64,000 bases of DNA from Macrostomum lignano (GCA_002269645.1 NIVC01002306.1:121316-185315); one strand, 5' to 3'; shown: positions 1 to 13,949, numbered from the stretch's first letter. A program made the numbers and translations. Notes: generated from the letters alone by a model not told the origin.

Positions 1-39
1 GTTTGGCACCAGCGAATGTCTATCAATCTGCCAATCAGT

Positions 40-897
40 CAATAAATAAATATCAATCATCAATCAATCAATCAACATTCATCAATATCAATCATCAATC
101 ATCAATCATCAATCAATTAATCATCAATCATCAATTATCAATCAATCAAAATTCATCAATCATCAATCATCAATAATCAATAATCAATAATCAATAATCA
201 ATCATCAATCATCAATCATCAATCATCAATCATCAATCATCAATCATCAATCATCAATCATCAATCATCAATCATCAATAAATCAACCAATTAATCAATC
301 AACCAATTAATCATAAATCAATCAATCAATCAGTCAACATTCATCAATCAACAATCAAAATTCATCAATCATCAATCATCAATCATCAATCATCAATTAA
401 TCATCAATCATCAATTAATCATCAATCATCAATCATCGATAATCGATCATCAATCATCAATCATTAATCATCAATCATCAATTATCAATCATCAATCATC
501 AATCATCAATCATCAATCATCAATCGTCAATCATCAATCATCAATCATCAATCATCAATCATCAATCATCAATCATCAATCATCAATCAATCAATCAACA
601 TTCATCAATATCAATCATCAATCATCAATCATCAATCAATTAATCATCAATCATCAATTATCAATCAATCAAAATTCATCAATCATCAATCATCAATAAT
701 CAATCATCAATCATCAATCATCAATCATCAATCATCAATCATCAATCATCAATCATCAATCATCAATCATCAATCATCAATCATCAATCATCAATCACCA
801 ATCATCAATCATCAATCATCAATCATCAATCATCAATCGTCAATCATCAATCATCAATCATCAATCATCAATCATCAATCATCAATCATCAATCATT
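40..897. repeat. (CAATCAT)n 7-bp simple repeat, intronic in the glutamate receptor gene
   Basis: Near-continuous atcaatc units with occasional variants, directly visible. Confidence 0.97.
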
Positions 898-918
898 TAT
901 ATTTTACCCCAAACAGAC

Positions 919-3900
919 CGGAATGAAGGGCTCCATGAAGGGCGCCGTGTGCAGCTGCTTGTCGATGACCCTGGCCACAAACTCCTCAGTCTCCGGGGTC
1001 AGATGATGTGGCAGAGTCCGGGGCACCAGCGAAAAGCAGGTCACGTTGGCGCCATCAAAGTAGGGAGCCAATTTTCTGTAGTCCACTCGGTCAGCATCCT
1101 GTGGATATATACTGCACCAATGTATCTTAACTGCGCTTATATTGTGCGAATGCTTCAATGAAATTCAATGCTTACCCATGTGGTGATGTAATAGTTGTAA
1201 TATTCTCTCGTCATGTTTAACCGATATGCCTAAAATGCCGTTGAGCATTTTTCTAAGAAAGCGGTCAAAATTTTGGGCAGCAGACAGAGTGGCTTACCGT
1301 GTGAAAAAATTCAACCAGTTGGTTAGTTGGAATGTCCACGAGAAAGTTGAACTGACCCAGCTTGCTGAAATACTTCATCACGTATTCGTAGGTGCCTGAC
1401 TGACGGCGCCACAGGCGGATCAAGGTGGGCTCGCTCACCGCGTTTAGCAGGGGCTCGTATTTTAGCAGGGCTGAAATATTGAGCTTGAGCTGTTGCTGAG
1501 TACTGTGTGAGCTGTTGCTGAGTACTGTGTGAGCTGTTGCTGAGTACTGTGTGAGCTGTTGCTGAGTACTGTGTGAGCTATTGCTGAGTACTGTGTGAGC
1601 TATTGCTGAGTACTGTGTGAGCTATTGCTGAGTACTGTATGAGCTATTGCTGAGTACTGTGTGAGCTATTGCTGAGTACTGTATGAGCTATTGCTGAGTA
1701 CTGTGTGAGATGTTGCTGAGTACTGTGTGAGATGTTGCTGAGTACTGTGTGAGATGTTGCTGAGTACTGTGTGAGATGTTGCTGAGTACTGTGTGAGCTA
1801 TTGCTGAGTACTGTGTGAGATGTTGCTGAGTACTGTGTGAGCTGTTGCTGAGTACTGTGTGAGATGTTGCTGAGTACTGTGTGAGATGTTGCTGAGTACT
1901 GTGTGAGCTATTGCTGAGTACTGTGTGAGCTGTTGCTGAGTACTGTGTGAGATGTTGCTGAGTACTGTGTGAGCTGTTGCTGAGTACTGTGTGAGCTATT
2001 GCTGAGTATTGTGTGAGCTGTTGCTGAGTACTGTGTTAGCTGTTGCTGAGTACTGTGTGAGCTGTTGCTGAGTACTGTGTGAGCTATTGCTGAGTACTGT
2101 GTGAGCTGTTGCTGAGTACTGTGTGAGATGTTGCTGAGTACTGTGTGAGCTGTTGCTGAGTACTGTGTGAGATGTTGCTGAGTACTGTGTGAGCTGTTGC
2201 TGAGTACTGTGTGAGATGTTGCTGAGTATTTTGTGAGCTGGCGCTGAGTACTGTGTGAGCTGTTGCTGAGCATGTCAAAGAACCTTGAGCAGCCAACGCA
2301 CCTTCCCGATCCGAGTAGACGATGGCAAACCGGAAGCTATTGGGCTCATTGTCAGCGATCTGACGCCGCACCAGGGACAGCACGGCCCGGCCCAGACTGT
2401 CATAGCTGGGGTGCGGGTTCACCGTGAAGTGGTGCCCGGCCTCGCTGTTCCTAACGCCTGGCGTAACAAAAACGTGCGGCACCGCGTGCAGACCGGCCTG
2501 GGCGTGCACGACCGCGTGCACGGAGCCGGGGCGGTGTGCCGGACCCGCCAGGGCCGCTACGCCCAGTTTCAGCAGACGGCAGGCTGCGGCGGAACGGGGT
2601 AACATTTTTATGAGGTAGAGTCCCTGTGAATGTCCTCTCCTGCAGTCTTTGTTCCATCATATTCGTTCTTATCGCACGCTGTCCTGTGCCATTGGACTCT
2701 TTTTCCTGTCCCATTGGACTCTTTGTCCTGTCCCATTGGACTCTTTGTCCTGTCCCATTTGACTCTTTGTCCTGTCCCAGTGGACTCTTTGTCTTGTCCC
2801 ATTGGACTCTTTGTCCTGTCCCATTTGACTCTTTTTCCTGTCCCATTGGACTCTTTGTCCTGTCCCATTGGACTCTTTGTCCTATCTCATTGGACTTTTT
2901 GTCCTGTCTCATTTGACTCTTTGTCCTGTCCCAGTGGACTCTTTGTCTTGTCCCATTGGACTCATTGTCCTGTCCCATTTGACTCTTTGTCCTGTCCCAT
3001 TTGACTCTTTGTCCTGTCCCAGTAGACTCTTTTTCCTGTCCCATTGGACTCTTTGTCCTGTCCCATTTGACTCTTTGTCCTGTCCCATTGGACTCTTTGT
3101 CCTGTCTCATTGGACTCTTTGTCCTGTCCCATTGGACTCTTTGTCCTGTCTCATTGGACTCTTTGTCCTGTCCCATTTGACTCTCTGTCCTGTCCCAGTG
3201 GACTCTTTGTCTTATCCCAGTGGACTCTTTGTCCTGTCCCAGTAGACTCTTTTTCCTGTCCCATTGGACTCTTTGTCCTGTCCCATTGTACTCTTTGTCC
3301 TGTCCCATTTGACTCTTTGTCCTGTCCCAGTGGACTCTTTGTCTTATCCCATTTGACTCTTTGTCCTGTCCCAGTGGACTCTTTGTCCTGTCCCATTGGA
3401 CTCTTTGTCCTGTCCCATTGGACTCTTTGTCCTGTCCCATTGGACTCTTCGTCCTGTCCCATTTGACTCTTTGTCCTGTCCCATTGGACTCTTTGTCTTG
3501 TCCCATTGGACTCTTTGCTCTATCCGATCTCGTACCTTCATTTCCGGCGGCCAGAAAGTCACCGTCGGGCACCAGCCGAAGCACCGGCTCAAGGCGGATG
3601 CCGCCACTTACTCGACCTGCCGCGGTCGGCCCTCCGCGCCTTCGTTTCAGCATGGCGTTGGCCGAGCGAACTGCCAGGCGGAAAACCAGCGGGCTCAGCT
3701 GGTCGCCGCGTTGGTAGATGGCGCCTGCGGGGGGGCGACTGCGGCTGACAGACAGACAGACACAGACAGACAGACAGGCAAGACAGACAGACAGGCAGAC
3801 AGACAGACAGACACACTAAGACACCAAGTCGGACACTAAACCACAGACACTCGGACACTGAGCCCAATCCCGCCCAGAACGGCAGCGGAGGTCACGCAGC

Positions 3901-4053
3901 CAGCCAGAAAAGCTGCGGGCATCTGTAGGCAGAGAAAGTTCAGTCCCGCGCTCCCCCCTCACCGATCCTGTAGCTTCTGTCCTCGCACGCGACCATCAGG
4001 CAGCAGCAGCTCACTGAGATGAGCAGCGAATTGAATAATTCAATGTTCCGCAT
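919..4053 (-). CDS. Ionotropic glutamate receptor (kainate/AMPA-like), 5' partial: signal peptide and amino-terminal domain; gene continues beyond window start
   Basis: Phase-consistent GT-AG exons 4053-3963 (MRNIELFNSLLISVSCCCLMVACEDRSYRI), 3724-3536 (GAIYQRGDQLSPLVFRLAVRSAN...), 2583-2284 (ACRLLKLGVAALAGP...FAIVYSDREG), 1470-1298, 1229-1176 (AYRLNMTREYYNYYITTW) and 1098-~919 (DADRVDYRKLAPYFDGANVTCFSLV). These match iGluR ATD motifs (GAIF, C-x-LL-x2-GV-x-AI-x-GP, Y-x-YI-x-TTLD, G-x-N-x-T-x-F). The last donor position is uncertain. Confidence 0.85.
1489..2270. repeat. 22-bp minisatellite (GCTGAGTACTGTGTGAGCTGTT)n, intronic
   Basis: About 35 tandem units visible, filling almost the whole intron 2283-1471. 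Confidence 0.97.
2683..3515. repeat. 22-bp minisatellite (CATTGGACTCTTTGTCCTGTCC)n, intronic
   Basis: Tandem units visible; source of the spurious 100-400 aa ORFs on both strands. Confidence 0.97.
3747..3815. repeat. (GACA)n microsatellite
   Basis: gacagacagac runs; forms the polypyrimidine tract of the minus-strand acceptor at 3725. Confidence 0.9.
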
Positions 4054-4435
4054 ATCAAGCTTCCTCCAGTCTCCGGGCAGGGAGAGCCAGTGCGAGCTGT
4101 CTTCAGGATGTAGATGGGTGCACCAGTTCACGCTGGCAGATCTGCCTGTTTATATCCGGGGTGTTCTTTTATTTTGCAATTTGCTGTTCCTCGAGTTGAC
4201 CTAAAAATGATGGGAAACGCCGAGAATGGAGGTGGGAAGCAAGAGAAATGACGGAAGCTGTTTATGGAGTCGCTGTTCCCTAAGGGGACGCCTTATTTTC
4301 TCTAAAACTTTCCTGATATCTGTCTCTTTTCTGTCCACTCGATTCCTCTGACGGGAATCAGAAAGTTTTTGAAGAAATTTTCTAGTATTATCTGGTGTTC
4401 TGAATCTGACCTTCTAAGCACACTGAAATTCTGTT

Positions 4436-4488
4436 GTTATTGTTGTTTTTAATGATTCTGATGATGTTGTTTTTGTTTTTTTGTTGTC

Positions 4489-4579
<91 letters not shown>

Positions 4580-4720
4580 TTGTTTTTGTTTTTTTGTTGT
4601 CGATGATGATGAATGTTTTTGTTGTTTTTGTTGTTGTTGTTGATGATGATGATGATAATGATGTGTTTGTTGTTGTTGTTGTTCTTGTTCTTGTCGTCGT
4701 TGTTATTGTTGATTATGATA
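4436..4720. repeat. Compound (GAT)n/(GTT)n microsatellite
   Basis: Pure GAT run ~4489-4578 flanked by GTT/GAT mixtures. Confidence 0.95.
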
Positions 4721-5264
4721 TTCTGAGGTCTTCTGATCACCGACTTCGCTTCAATCATAGAGAATGGGCTTATTGTTTAGCTCAGCTACCCCCCAACCTA
4801 CCTACTCACCTATCAACTTAACAACTTGCCTACCTATCTACCTACCTATACAATGCCTTAAAACTTAGCATAGCTAGCTCCATTACTTACAAGATTTTCC
4901 GCCCCCCCTTCCCTAAGCCATCAGCCCTACAAAATCGGATTTCACACTTGAAAAGATGCCAATCCAATCAGACCCAAGCGCCCCGTGTAGTTAAAGGACT
5001 CAAATTGCGTAAAAAATACCTTTTATTCATTAACCCCCCCCCAGTCTCCCAGGGGGAATCAAGGAACCCTTCCAGCTCCCACATGGCTGCCCTCAAAAAA
5101 GTTGCTTAATTAACCGTTTGGCACTCGAAGCAGCAGCTACAAATGGGATTTGCACCAAATTCAGATTCTTGAGCTGCCTTATTCTGCATTAAATTAGAAG
5201 AAAACTCGTTTAAGAAGCGATTTAGCTAAATTTACTGGGCTCGGTCAATACCGGAAAACAATGC

Positions 5265-5507
5265 GCCTCAGTCAATAAACAATCCGCCTCGGTCAATAAA
5301 TAATCCGCCTCAGTCAATAAACAATCCGCCTCAGTCAATAAACAATCCGCCTCAGTCAATAAACAATCCGCCTCAGTCAATAAACAATCCGCCTCAGTCA
5401 ATAAACAATCCGCCTCAGTCAATAAACAATCCGCCTCAGTCAATAAACAATCCGCCTCAGTCAATAAACAATCCGCCTCAGTCAATAAACAATCCGCCTC
5501 GGTCAAC
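5265..5507. repeat. 21-bp minisatellite (CAGTCAATAAACAATCCGCCT)n
   Basis: About 11-12 tandem units visible. Confidence 0.97.
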
Positions 5508-5924
5508 CAGAATTTTTTCTGCGTTTTCCGGCTTCAAAAAAGCAATTATTTCCAACTGTTTAATTGCCTACTAGGCCTTATAAAATCTTCGAGTCTGGAC
5601 CCTCTTCGGTCTCCAGGGATCTTGAAATTGGCCCCTCCCCAAATCGAGGCTAAAAAACTGCAGGAAGCTGAGAGCGATAGAATTTTATCTTAAAATTTTC
5701 TAATTTGCAACTCGGCAGCGTGTTTGGAATTCTAATATGTCTTTGCTCACTTTATTCAGTAAGGCCTAATTTGTATAAAATAAAGTTTTACGTTTTACTC
5801 CCCAAAAAAGCTTACTGTTCTAAGTCGGTATGGAGAATAATAAATGGAAATCGCCTCTGATTATAGTCATGCAAAATTATTTATTTTGTTCAACGACAGC
5901 TGGTGCTCGTCCACAGCGCATCAC

Positions 5925-5938
5925 GTCGCTATGGCAAC
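5925..5938 (+). promoter_or_regulatory. RFX X-box motif
   Basis: GTCGCTATGGCAAC fits the X-box consensus GTYNCY-AT-RGNAAC and lies upstream of the motile-cilia gene CCDC39. Function not shown. Confidence 0.5.
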
Positions 5939-6319
5939 TCGGTCTAAACAAGCGTGGCTTTATTTCAGTTTAAAAATGGTCTCACCTGATTCCTTTTAAA
6001 TTATATTCCTGAGGCTTGACACCAAGAAAGCAAATCAAGTAATATACTATAAGGACTCAGGACTGCTCGTTATTCTCTAGTTGTTTATGGGAAAAATGTC
6101 AAGACAGGAATTTGCATTTGCGTCCAGCATATCAAAACGATCGCGAGTTGCATTCTGACGAAAACGGTTTGGGTATAAGAGGCACTCAGCAGCCAATCAG
6201 AATGTCCTGATGGTGGGGATGGCAAGGGAAAGGAAAATAGACTGGGAAATCGAGCTGACCGCAGAAGCAAGCAAAATGCTAAGCTCTGCTAAGCAAAATG
6301 CAGAGAAGCCAATTGCTTT

Positions 6320-6871
6320 ATGCCATCTGCAAAATTACGGACACAGTGCGCAGCCTACGACTGCCCAAACTGCGCTTTTGAATGTCCACCTGGAACACGA
6401 TTCCACAGGTTTCCATCAGACCGTGATCGGTGAGTTGCAGATTGCGAAATGACCAACTTCGTCATTCTCTCTGAAGAAGCCTTCGTACCTTCATCTACGT
6501 TTAGCAACTGCGACTGATATAATTAGCATTACAGGTGTGAAGATTGGGCTCGCCGGATATTCCGAGCTGACCTTATAGGCAAGAAGTTCGAGCACAAATG
6601 GGCGAATGCTGTTGTATGCAGTCAGCACTTGGAGGACCACATGTACATGTGTCCGAAAAATCGTCACGAGGCTCACAGTCGACTTGCTTGGAATGCAACT
6701 CCTACGCTAAAGCTCTACAAGCAAGCCGTAACAAACCAAATACATGGGCCGCCTCCAAAGCAGAGAACTGATTCTCCAGCATCTCTGCATCAAACTCGCG
6801 TAAGTGGTAAAGTGGGAAGCCAAAGGGAAGGAAACCCGTTCCAAGAGCAACTTTGGTTCACCTGCTGCTAA
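6320..6871 (+). CDS. THAP zinc-finger domain protein (possibly transposon-derived; may continue by splicing at 6799)
   Basis: Exons 6320-6429 (MPSAKLRTQCAAYDCPNCAFECPPGTRFHRFPSDRDR) and 6535-6871 (CEDWARR...VCSQH...LAWNATPTL), joined by a GTGAG...TTACAG intron. Carries the THAP C2CH signature, FHRFP, the conserved W and an AVPT-like box. CCAAT box at ~6192. Confidence 0.85.
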
Positions 6872-6912
6872 AAGAGAGCCGGAATAATGAAAAACAACTA
6901 AAGCGGCGATAG

Positions 6913-7358
<446 letters not shown>

Positions 7359-7599
7359 TCATCAATGCTAAACGATTATTTTCAAAGGAGTTTTTTCTCT
7401 AACATTTCCTTATCAACGATCATGCATAAAAGTAGGACCATACGAGTTCCGTTTTATTTTTCATGAGTTGGTCTGTCACTTGCAAAAACAAGACCAATTT
7501 AACGTGAAAAATCGATTAATGCGTCGTTAGAGCATTAAGTGAGTGTGAGGCACAAAATAATGTGATTAGAACTTTCTCTGACACTGTTAAGAGACCCAA

Positions 7600-8880
7600 T
7601 CACTGTTTTAGTGTTGAAAATCGTGAAGTTTTTTATCTCCGTAGTGTATTTTTTTGGTGAAACCTGCCTTTAAAACTATTTCTGAACAAAACGCTTTATG
7701 AATATCGATAGAGCAATAAGAAAGGCACAACATATCAAAAGATGAACACTGTATCTGCCTCCTATCAAAAGCAATAACAATTTTTGTGCTGAAAAAAATT
7801 AAAACCTCCTATCTCTGTAGTGTATTTTTCGGCGAAAAGTTGCCTTCAAAACATTTACCATACCGGTAGATTTCGAGTGTTGCGTCCTATGTTACTTGAG
7901 TAGTCCTTGAGCACGCGAAAGCACGATAAACTAATGACTTACCCCGACAGGCACTCATCCTCGTGAGTGTGTTTTTAGAAGTATAGAGCTATTAAAGAAA
8001 TATAAAATTTAGCGGTCGATAAATTTTCATTGAATTAGCAAAATAAAGTTGCCAATGTTTTGAGCTCGACAGCAGTACGTGTAGCTCGTACACTGCACGC
8101 AGCGCATGCATACTATACGGCTATAGATTCTGTGCCAACGGATGTTTTGCATTGGTTTGCTTGGCTCTCTGCATTTAAGTGCGTATCTTTACATTTACAT
8201 GCAATCCGCTTCATCTGATCTAAAAAAACCTGTCAATAATATGTCACGGAACACGAACATAAATGTTACAGATTCGAATCAATGACCTTAAAAGAAGCGT
8301 ATAACAAAACAATAAGCAAAGAAAAAATATATAATTGGAATCGAAAAAAACTATTCGCAGAGAGAAGCTGACCATCTTTAGCCTTTAACCATGAAATCAA
8401 AATCTAGGCCTGCAGAGCGACTGTCATTTAGAACACACAATTGGTACCATTATAAAAATATGAGGCTGGAAGCGGCGGACTTCTAGCATTAAAAACGGTA
8501 AAAGAGTCCAGCTTTAACAGCCAAATTTTCTCAGCACTTGATATACATGTACATGTATCAATATAACGTGCACTAGCTGTATTCAACCATTTTTTATCGC
8601 CATTGAGTCAATTCAACGACAACTTGAGCACTTCTTGAGTTTATCCACTATGCAAAAAGACTACTCAAAGTAGTTCGGAGGATGGGAAACTACGTTTCTT
8701 GGAAATTCTAGAGGCAGCTACACATGTAGTTTTTTACCTAAAAACGCATGCACATTATATGGAGATAAAAGGGTTTCATTTTTTCAGCACAGAAATTTTA
8801 ATTCCTCTTTATAGGATGCAGACAAAATGTTTTTGCCTTTTAATATGATTTGCCTTTCTTATAGCACAATTGATATTCAC
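7600..8880. mobile_element. Degenerate inverted-repeat (MITE-like) family arms
   Basis: 7757-7830 (aaagcaataacaatttttgtgctgaaaaaaattaaaacctcctatctctgtagtgtattttt) is an inverted match to ~8750-8820 and a direct match to 35083-35169. Boundaries not resolved. Confidence 0.5.
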
Positions 8881-9311
8881 AAAGCCTAGAAAATTCGTTT
8901 TGAAAACCATCTTCGTTCGAAAGCTTAGTTTAGAAAATTATAGGATTCTATTCTAATTTTATATCTTACGTAGCGCACGTCTTATGCCTAATTAAAAAAT
9001 CATTAAGACCGGCACAACTCGACTTACATAAATTTAGGAATATCAAGCGGATTGAGTGCAAATAGGAAACATTCATTTCTAGTATATCCGATTTTTTCGT
9101 GAGTTATCACTAAAACAAATTACCCTAAACAGTCCGCAAATTACAGATAAAATAGTAATTTGCCACAAAGTAATATTCTTTTTTTATAAGAAATTTTGTT
9201 TCTAGTTTGAAAAGATTTATAACCCAAAAAAACTATTATTGTGAAGCAAACGATTACCAATTCAAAATTTTACATTCCAATTATTTTTCCAACATACCTG
9301 CCGCGGTCATC

Positions 9312-12300
9312 ATGAGTGACAGGAATTCTGTCGTGAATTCCATCCTTCAGGAGTTGGAATGGGATGATGGACTCGCTATTCCGGTGGCAAACGATGACAA
9401 CAAACGTCTAATTGCCCTGGTAAATCCTTGAAAATATGTTAACTTGAATAATTATTGGGAAAAATGCCACTGTGCTTTTGCTTTTTTCTAAAATGACATT
9501 TTAAGTCAAAGTGTCTCACACACTCAGAAAAAAAGAGACTTTGGCTCAAAATTCTAAAAATAAATATTTTTGATAAATTGTGATACCAAGTCTTAACAAC
9601 ATTCTTCTAGTTTAAAAATAGTTGGAAGATTTTTAATTAAGCAATACATTTTACTGGTTAATATCAAAACACGAACTTAATTCTAAGCAGAACTTTTAAA
9701 GTTCTTTAAATTATATTTCGCACTTTTTTAAAGTGCGATGAGCCACTAAAAATATAATGAACACACCTTACAATTCTGCATAGCTAATTTAACTTGTCTC
9801 ATTCAGCTGACTGTACATTTCCTTTAACTATAAAATAAATACAAAAGATTAGAAAACTGTCTCTCAGAGCTATGGTTTGATTGTAAGCCTATTTTAAAAA
9901 TTTTTTATATGAAGAATCTGCAACAACTGTGTCCTGAAAATACTGCAATAAAAAATAATATTTGGTTTAACTTAATGAACCAAAACTATCTAAGCCATGT
10001 CAACATCTAGAAACATCTACTACATTTGCATAGAAATATTTGAAGAATTTGGCGCAAAGATAAATCATAGAGCAAACCTTATCTGGATTACATATCTTTT
10101 TTGTTTTTTTGCTGTCTTTAAATCAATTTTTTAGATACATGTAATAAATAAAATGTAATGTGTGTTGTATCGCATATATGTATAACATGCATCAGAGTAT
10201 TTAATTCTTTCATTATTAGCTAATTACAAACTAAGTCTAAAGGCTTCTAAATAATAGTTGTCTTCGTGTTTACTAACAGGTCGAGAGCCTCAACAAGGCG
10301 GGCACATCGGCGGGCAATGAGATCGAGCATGTGGACGACAAGGTCACAGCGCTGGAGGCGCACATCAAGAATGTGCGGCAGGAGCTCATGCAAACGCAGG
10401 CGCTTTTCCAGGCCAGGGTGCACGAAGTCGAGACCGAGCAGCACATGACCAAGGTGTCCGAGCGCGAGGAGGGCCGCCTAAACCAGGAAATTCGCCGACT
10501 GGATAAGGAGATCAGCAACAGCAAGGCCACGAAGAACCAGCTGGAGAACAACATCTTTAAGCAGACGGCGCAGCTGGAGGAGATGAAGGCGCAGATGAAC
10601 TGGAACCAGCAGGCTCTGGAGGCTTGGCTCGAGGAGAGCGAGAAGAAAACTGAAGACTCGTTGGCTCTGCAAAAGTACACGCGTCAGGACGAGGGCAAAA
10701 TCCGGGAGCTCAGCCTGCAACTGGAGCGCCTAACGGACGAGCGCAACGCCAAGAAGGTTCGGCTTGACAACCTGGTGATTGAGACGCAGACGACACAGGT
10801 TGAGCTCGACAAGGCGGCTGAGCAGTTTCGCCAGGCCCACCAGGAGCGCCAGGACCTCATCCGGCAGTGGGAAGGAACCATCAAGCGAATGGAGACACGC
10901 GACAAGGAGATCGAGCTGCTGGCCGCCCAGCTGGCCAGGGCCAAGCAGGTTTGCCGCGAGAAGGAGGAGCTGATCAAGGAGAAGCAGAACTTCCTAGACA
11001 GCGAGAAGGACAACAATACAGAGATGGAGAAGCGCATCGGCGTAGCGGAAAGAAACGCCGGCAAAATCCGGCTGGAGTACCAGGAGGCCGAGGTTCAGCG
11101 GGCCAACTTTCAGAACGAGCTGGACTCGCTGAAACGAACTGTCGATAGGACTAATAAAGACCTGGAGCTGGCCAGAAGCGACATCACGCATCTGAAGGTG
11201 CGTTTGATTGTTAATTTTATCGGTTTCAAAATCTGTTGACTACATGGGAAAATAATAATAGACTTACCTACATGTACAGTGAGCACAGTACCTTATCTTT
11301 GCCTCAACCTTTCTATTCCAGTCGGAGACGGCAGCCAAGAAGACCAAGCTTGAGGTGACTGGCAGGGAGCGAGCCGGCCTGGAAGACCACCTCAAGCGGG
11401 TGCAAAACGATCGCCTGTCCGCCGAGCAGCAGGCGGCCAACATGGACGAGCTGATGAAGTCGGAGGAGGTTGGTCAGAAAGAGATGGAGAAGGAATTAAA
11501 GAGTCTGCGGGAGCAGCAGTTCCGCAGCGCCCAGCAGCTGCACGACGCCAAGACCGAAGAGCGGATGTCCGAGGCCACCATCATGGGCAACCGGGCCGCG
11601 CTCAGGAACCTCAACGCCAAGATCGCCAAACTGGACCACGACCTGTTGAAGCAGCAAGAGATTCTGTACAACCAGGATTTTTCAATCCAGCAACTGCAGC
11701 GCCGCATCAGTCGGATGAGCGGCGAGACCAACAGCGACGAGAAGGTGGCGCTGGAGGCCCGCATCAAGGAGCTCAACGCCGACTTGGACCAGCGCGTCCA
11801 GGTGGCCACTACGCTTAGCGGACAGCTGCGCCAGCTGCAGGACGAGATCAGGCGCTGCAAGCGCGACATGGACAAGACCAAACAGGAGAAAGGCGATCTC
11901 AGCACTAAGATCGAGGAGCTGAGCCTGCACAATGATAACTCGACGCGAGAAGCCGGCCGAATCGTGCAGGAGCGCCAGAGCGTCATGGTAGACGAAAACT
12001 TGATGCGTCTGGAGGTGAAGCGGCTGCGCGACCAACTGAACAACCGTGCCGACCGGGTAATGTCCGAGGACAAGCGAAAGCTGCAGTTCGAGACGGCGAT
12101 GAAGGAGCGCCGCGAAGAGATCGGCATTCACAAGGAGATGCTCCAGGCGCAGATTCGATCCGCTGACGACGAGCGTCAGCAGGTTTCGTCGGAGTTGCAC
12201 GAGCGCGAAGCCAAGATCGACAAGCTCCAGAAACGCTACGAGATTATCATGGTTTCCATGGCGCCGCCTGAGGGAGAAGAGGAGCGCTCGCAGGCCTATT

Positions 12301-13286
12301 ACGTCATCAAGGCTGCACAGGACCGCGAGGAGCTGCAGCGACGCGGCGACCAACTCGACGCCCAGATCCGCAAGGCTGAGAAAGAGTGCCGCGCCCTGGA
12401 GAACACTCTGCGCCTGATGAACTCCTGCAACGAGAACTATCGACAGACGTTCAGCAAGGTCGGCCCAACTAGCGACGAGGCCGCCCAGCGTGAGCAGCTG
12501 GACCAGCAGATGCGGGCGGTCACGGACAAGTACAAGGCTAAGCGGCGGCAGATTCGCGAGATGGAAGAAGAGCTCCAGACTATGCAGGAGGCTCTGGAGA
12601 ATCTGGCCAAGGACGACGCTCTGTACAGGGAGCAGGTGGGCCAACTCGAACAGCTGGTTGGTCAGAGGGAGCGCGAACGGTCCGAGCATCAGGTAAGGTT
12701 TTATTGGTTCTAGAAATTCTAATTAGAAAATTAGAGCACAAGTATATTAAGCGCGTGTGCTAAGGGGCCTTAGCAGTCTGAAACAACAAAACGGCGCGTG
12801 ACATGAAACAACCCGCCATCGCTGCAGGCAAAACTTGAACGCGCCGACAAGGCGATCGCCCGCGCCAAAGGTCCCTCGGTGGCCGCCCCTATCGAGGCCG
12901 ACATCGGGCTGCGCGAGCTCCGCGAATTCAACCGCCGCGTCGCTTCCGAGGTGCTGCGCGTCGCCCAGTCGACTGGCGAAGAGGTGGCAAGCACCGCCGA
13001 GAGCTACATGCAGCAGAGCGGAGTGCCGCTGCCCACCACTGGCACCGGCATGGCCGGCAGCGCCTCGGCCGAGTCGTCCGCCCGTTCGAGCGCCCGGTCC
13101 AGCGTCCGCTCCTCGGCGGCCTCGGTGGCGTCGCGAGGCTCGGCTACGCCAACCGGAGCCGCGGTGGCGGCCGTCCCCGGACGGGTGAACATCGGCACGG
13201 AGCTGCCGAAGTCGCCGTCCGGCTCGCAGCCGATGTCAAGACGGAGTTCGACATCGTCGACGGCCAGCCGGAGCCGTCGGCAGTGA
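9312..13286 (+). CDS. CCDC39: Coiled-coil domain-containing protein 39 (axonemal 96-nm ruler), 951 aa
   Basis: Exons 9312-9419, 10280-11197, 11322-12692 and 12828-13286, all phase 0 with GT-AG. Diagnostic motifs ELEWDDGLAIPVANDDNK, QMNWNQQALEAWLEES, PPEGEEERSQAYYVIKAAQ and a Ser/Arg-rich tail. Confidence 0.97.
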
Positions 13287-13949
13287 GGTCGGAGCGCCGC
13301 TACATCGGAGCAGAGTTAAAGCAAAGAATGCGGTTTAAAAAATTAAACATTCAAATAATCGGGATTATTTTTAAAGTGACCGTCATTTACTACTTATTTG
13401 CCTACTCGCAAGTAGCACTTCTGAAGAAGAACGCGAATGAATCCATGTGATAATACGATACAGAACAATTTTCTGAATAACAAGTTGTTTGTTTTGTGTT
13501 AGCGTACAACCGTTCGACTATTTAGTGTACAAAGATCACAAACATTTGACCTAAATATCTGTTTGAGTACCAGACACGAGCAAGCTTTTGTTTCCTTTTT
13601 TCTATTGTCAATTTTGCACAGGTTTTATCACAAGAACGAGTAGCTAAACGTATAAATGTGCATGCCGATGCCTTGTTTCGTTTGAAGTTTATTTTTCCTA
13701 AAGAATAAAATATTAAAATTTCGATAAAAATTTGCTAATGTTTGTGTCGACCTCTGAAACTGTGTGCTCCTTGCCTTTTTGTTTTAATTCTATCATTTTT
13801 TATACTTCGATGTCCGCGAACTCAAGCTTCTGCCAGAAATATTGCTAATTTATAATTTGTACTTTTTTTGCAGTTGACGACGGCAAGTCATGCAGTCAAA
13901 GAGAGACAACCTTGTACTATAGTGATTGCAACAACAGTTGCACAATTAA

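Noticed and set aside
1-897. (CAATCAT)n as telomeric repeat
   Set aside because: No G-rich strand of telomere type; it lies just downstream of an internal exon, so it is intronic.
1908-3653. Long ORFs on both strands (up to 400 aa) over the 22-bp repeats
   Set aside because: Stop-poor repeat translations lying inside phase-consistent introns of the glutamate receptor gene.
4414-4821. Poly-Ile/Asn and poly-Val/Asp ORFs
   Set aside because: Microsatellite translations.
10247-13198. Antisense and alternate-frame ORFs over CCDC39 (e.g. 11682-12689, 335 aa)
   Set aside because: Expected shadows of a GC3-rich coiled-coil coding sequence; no motifs.
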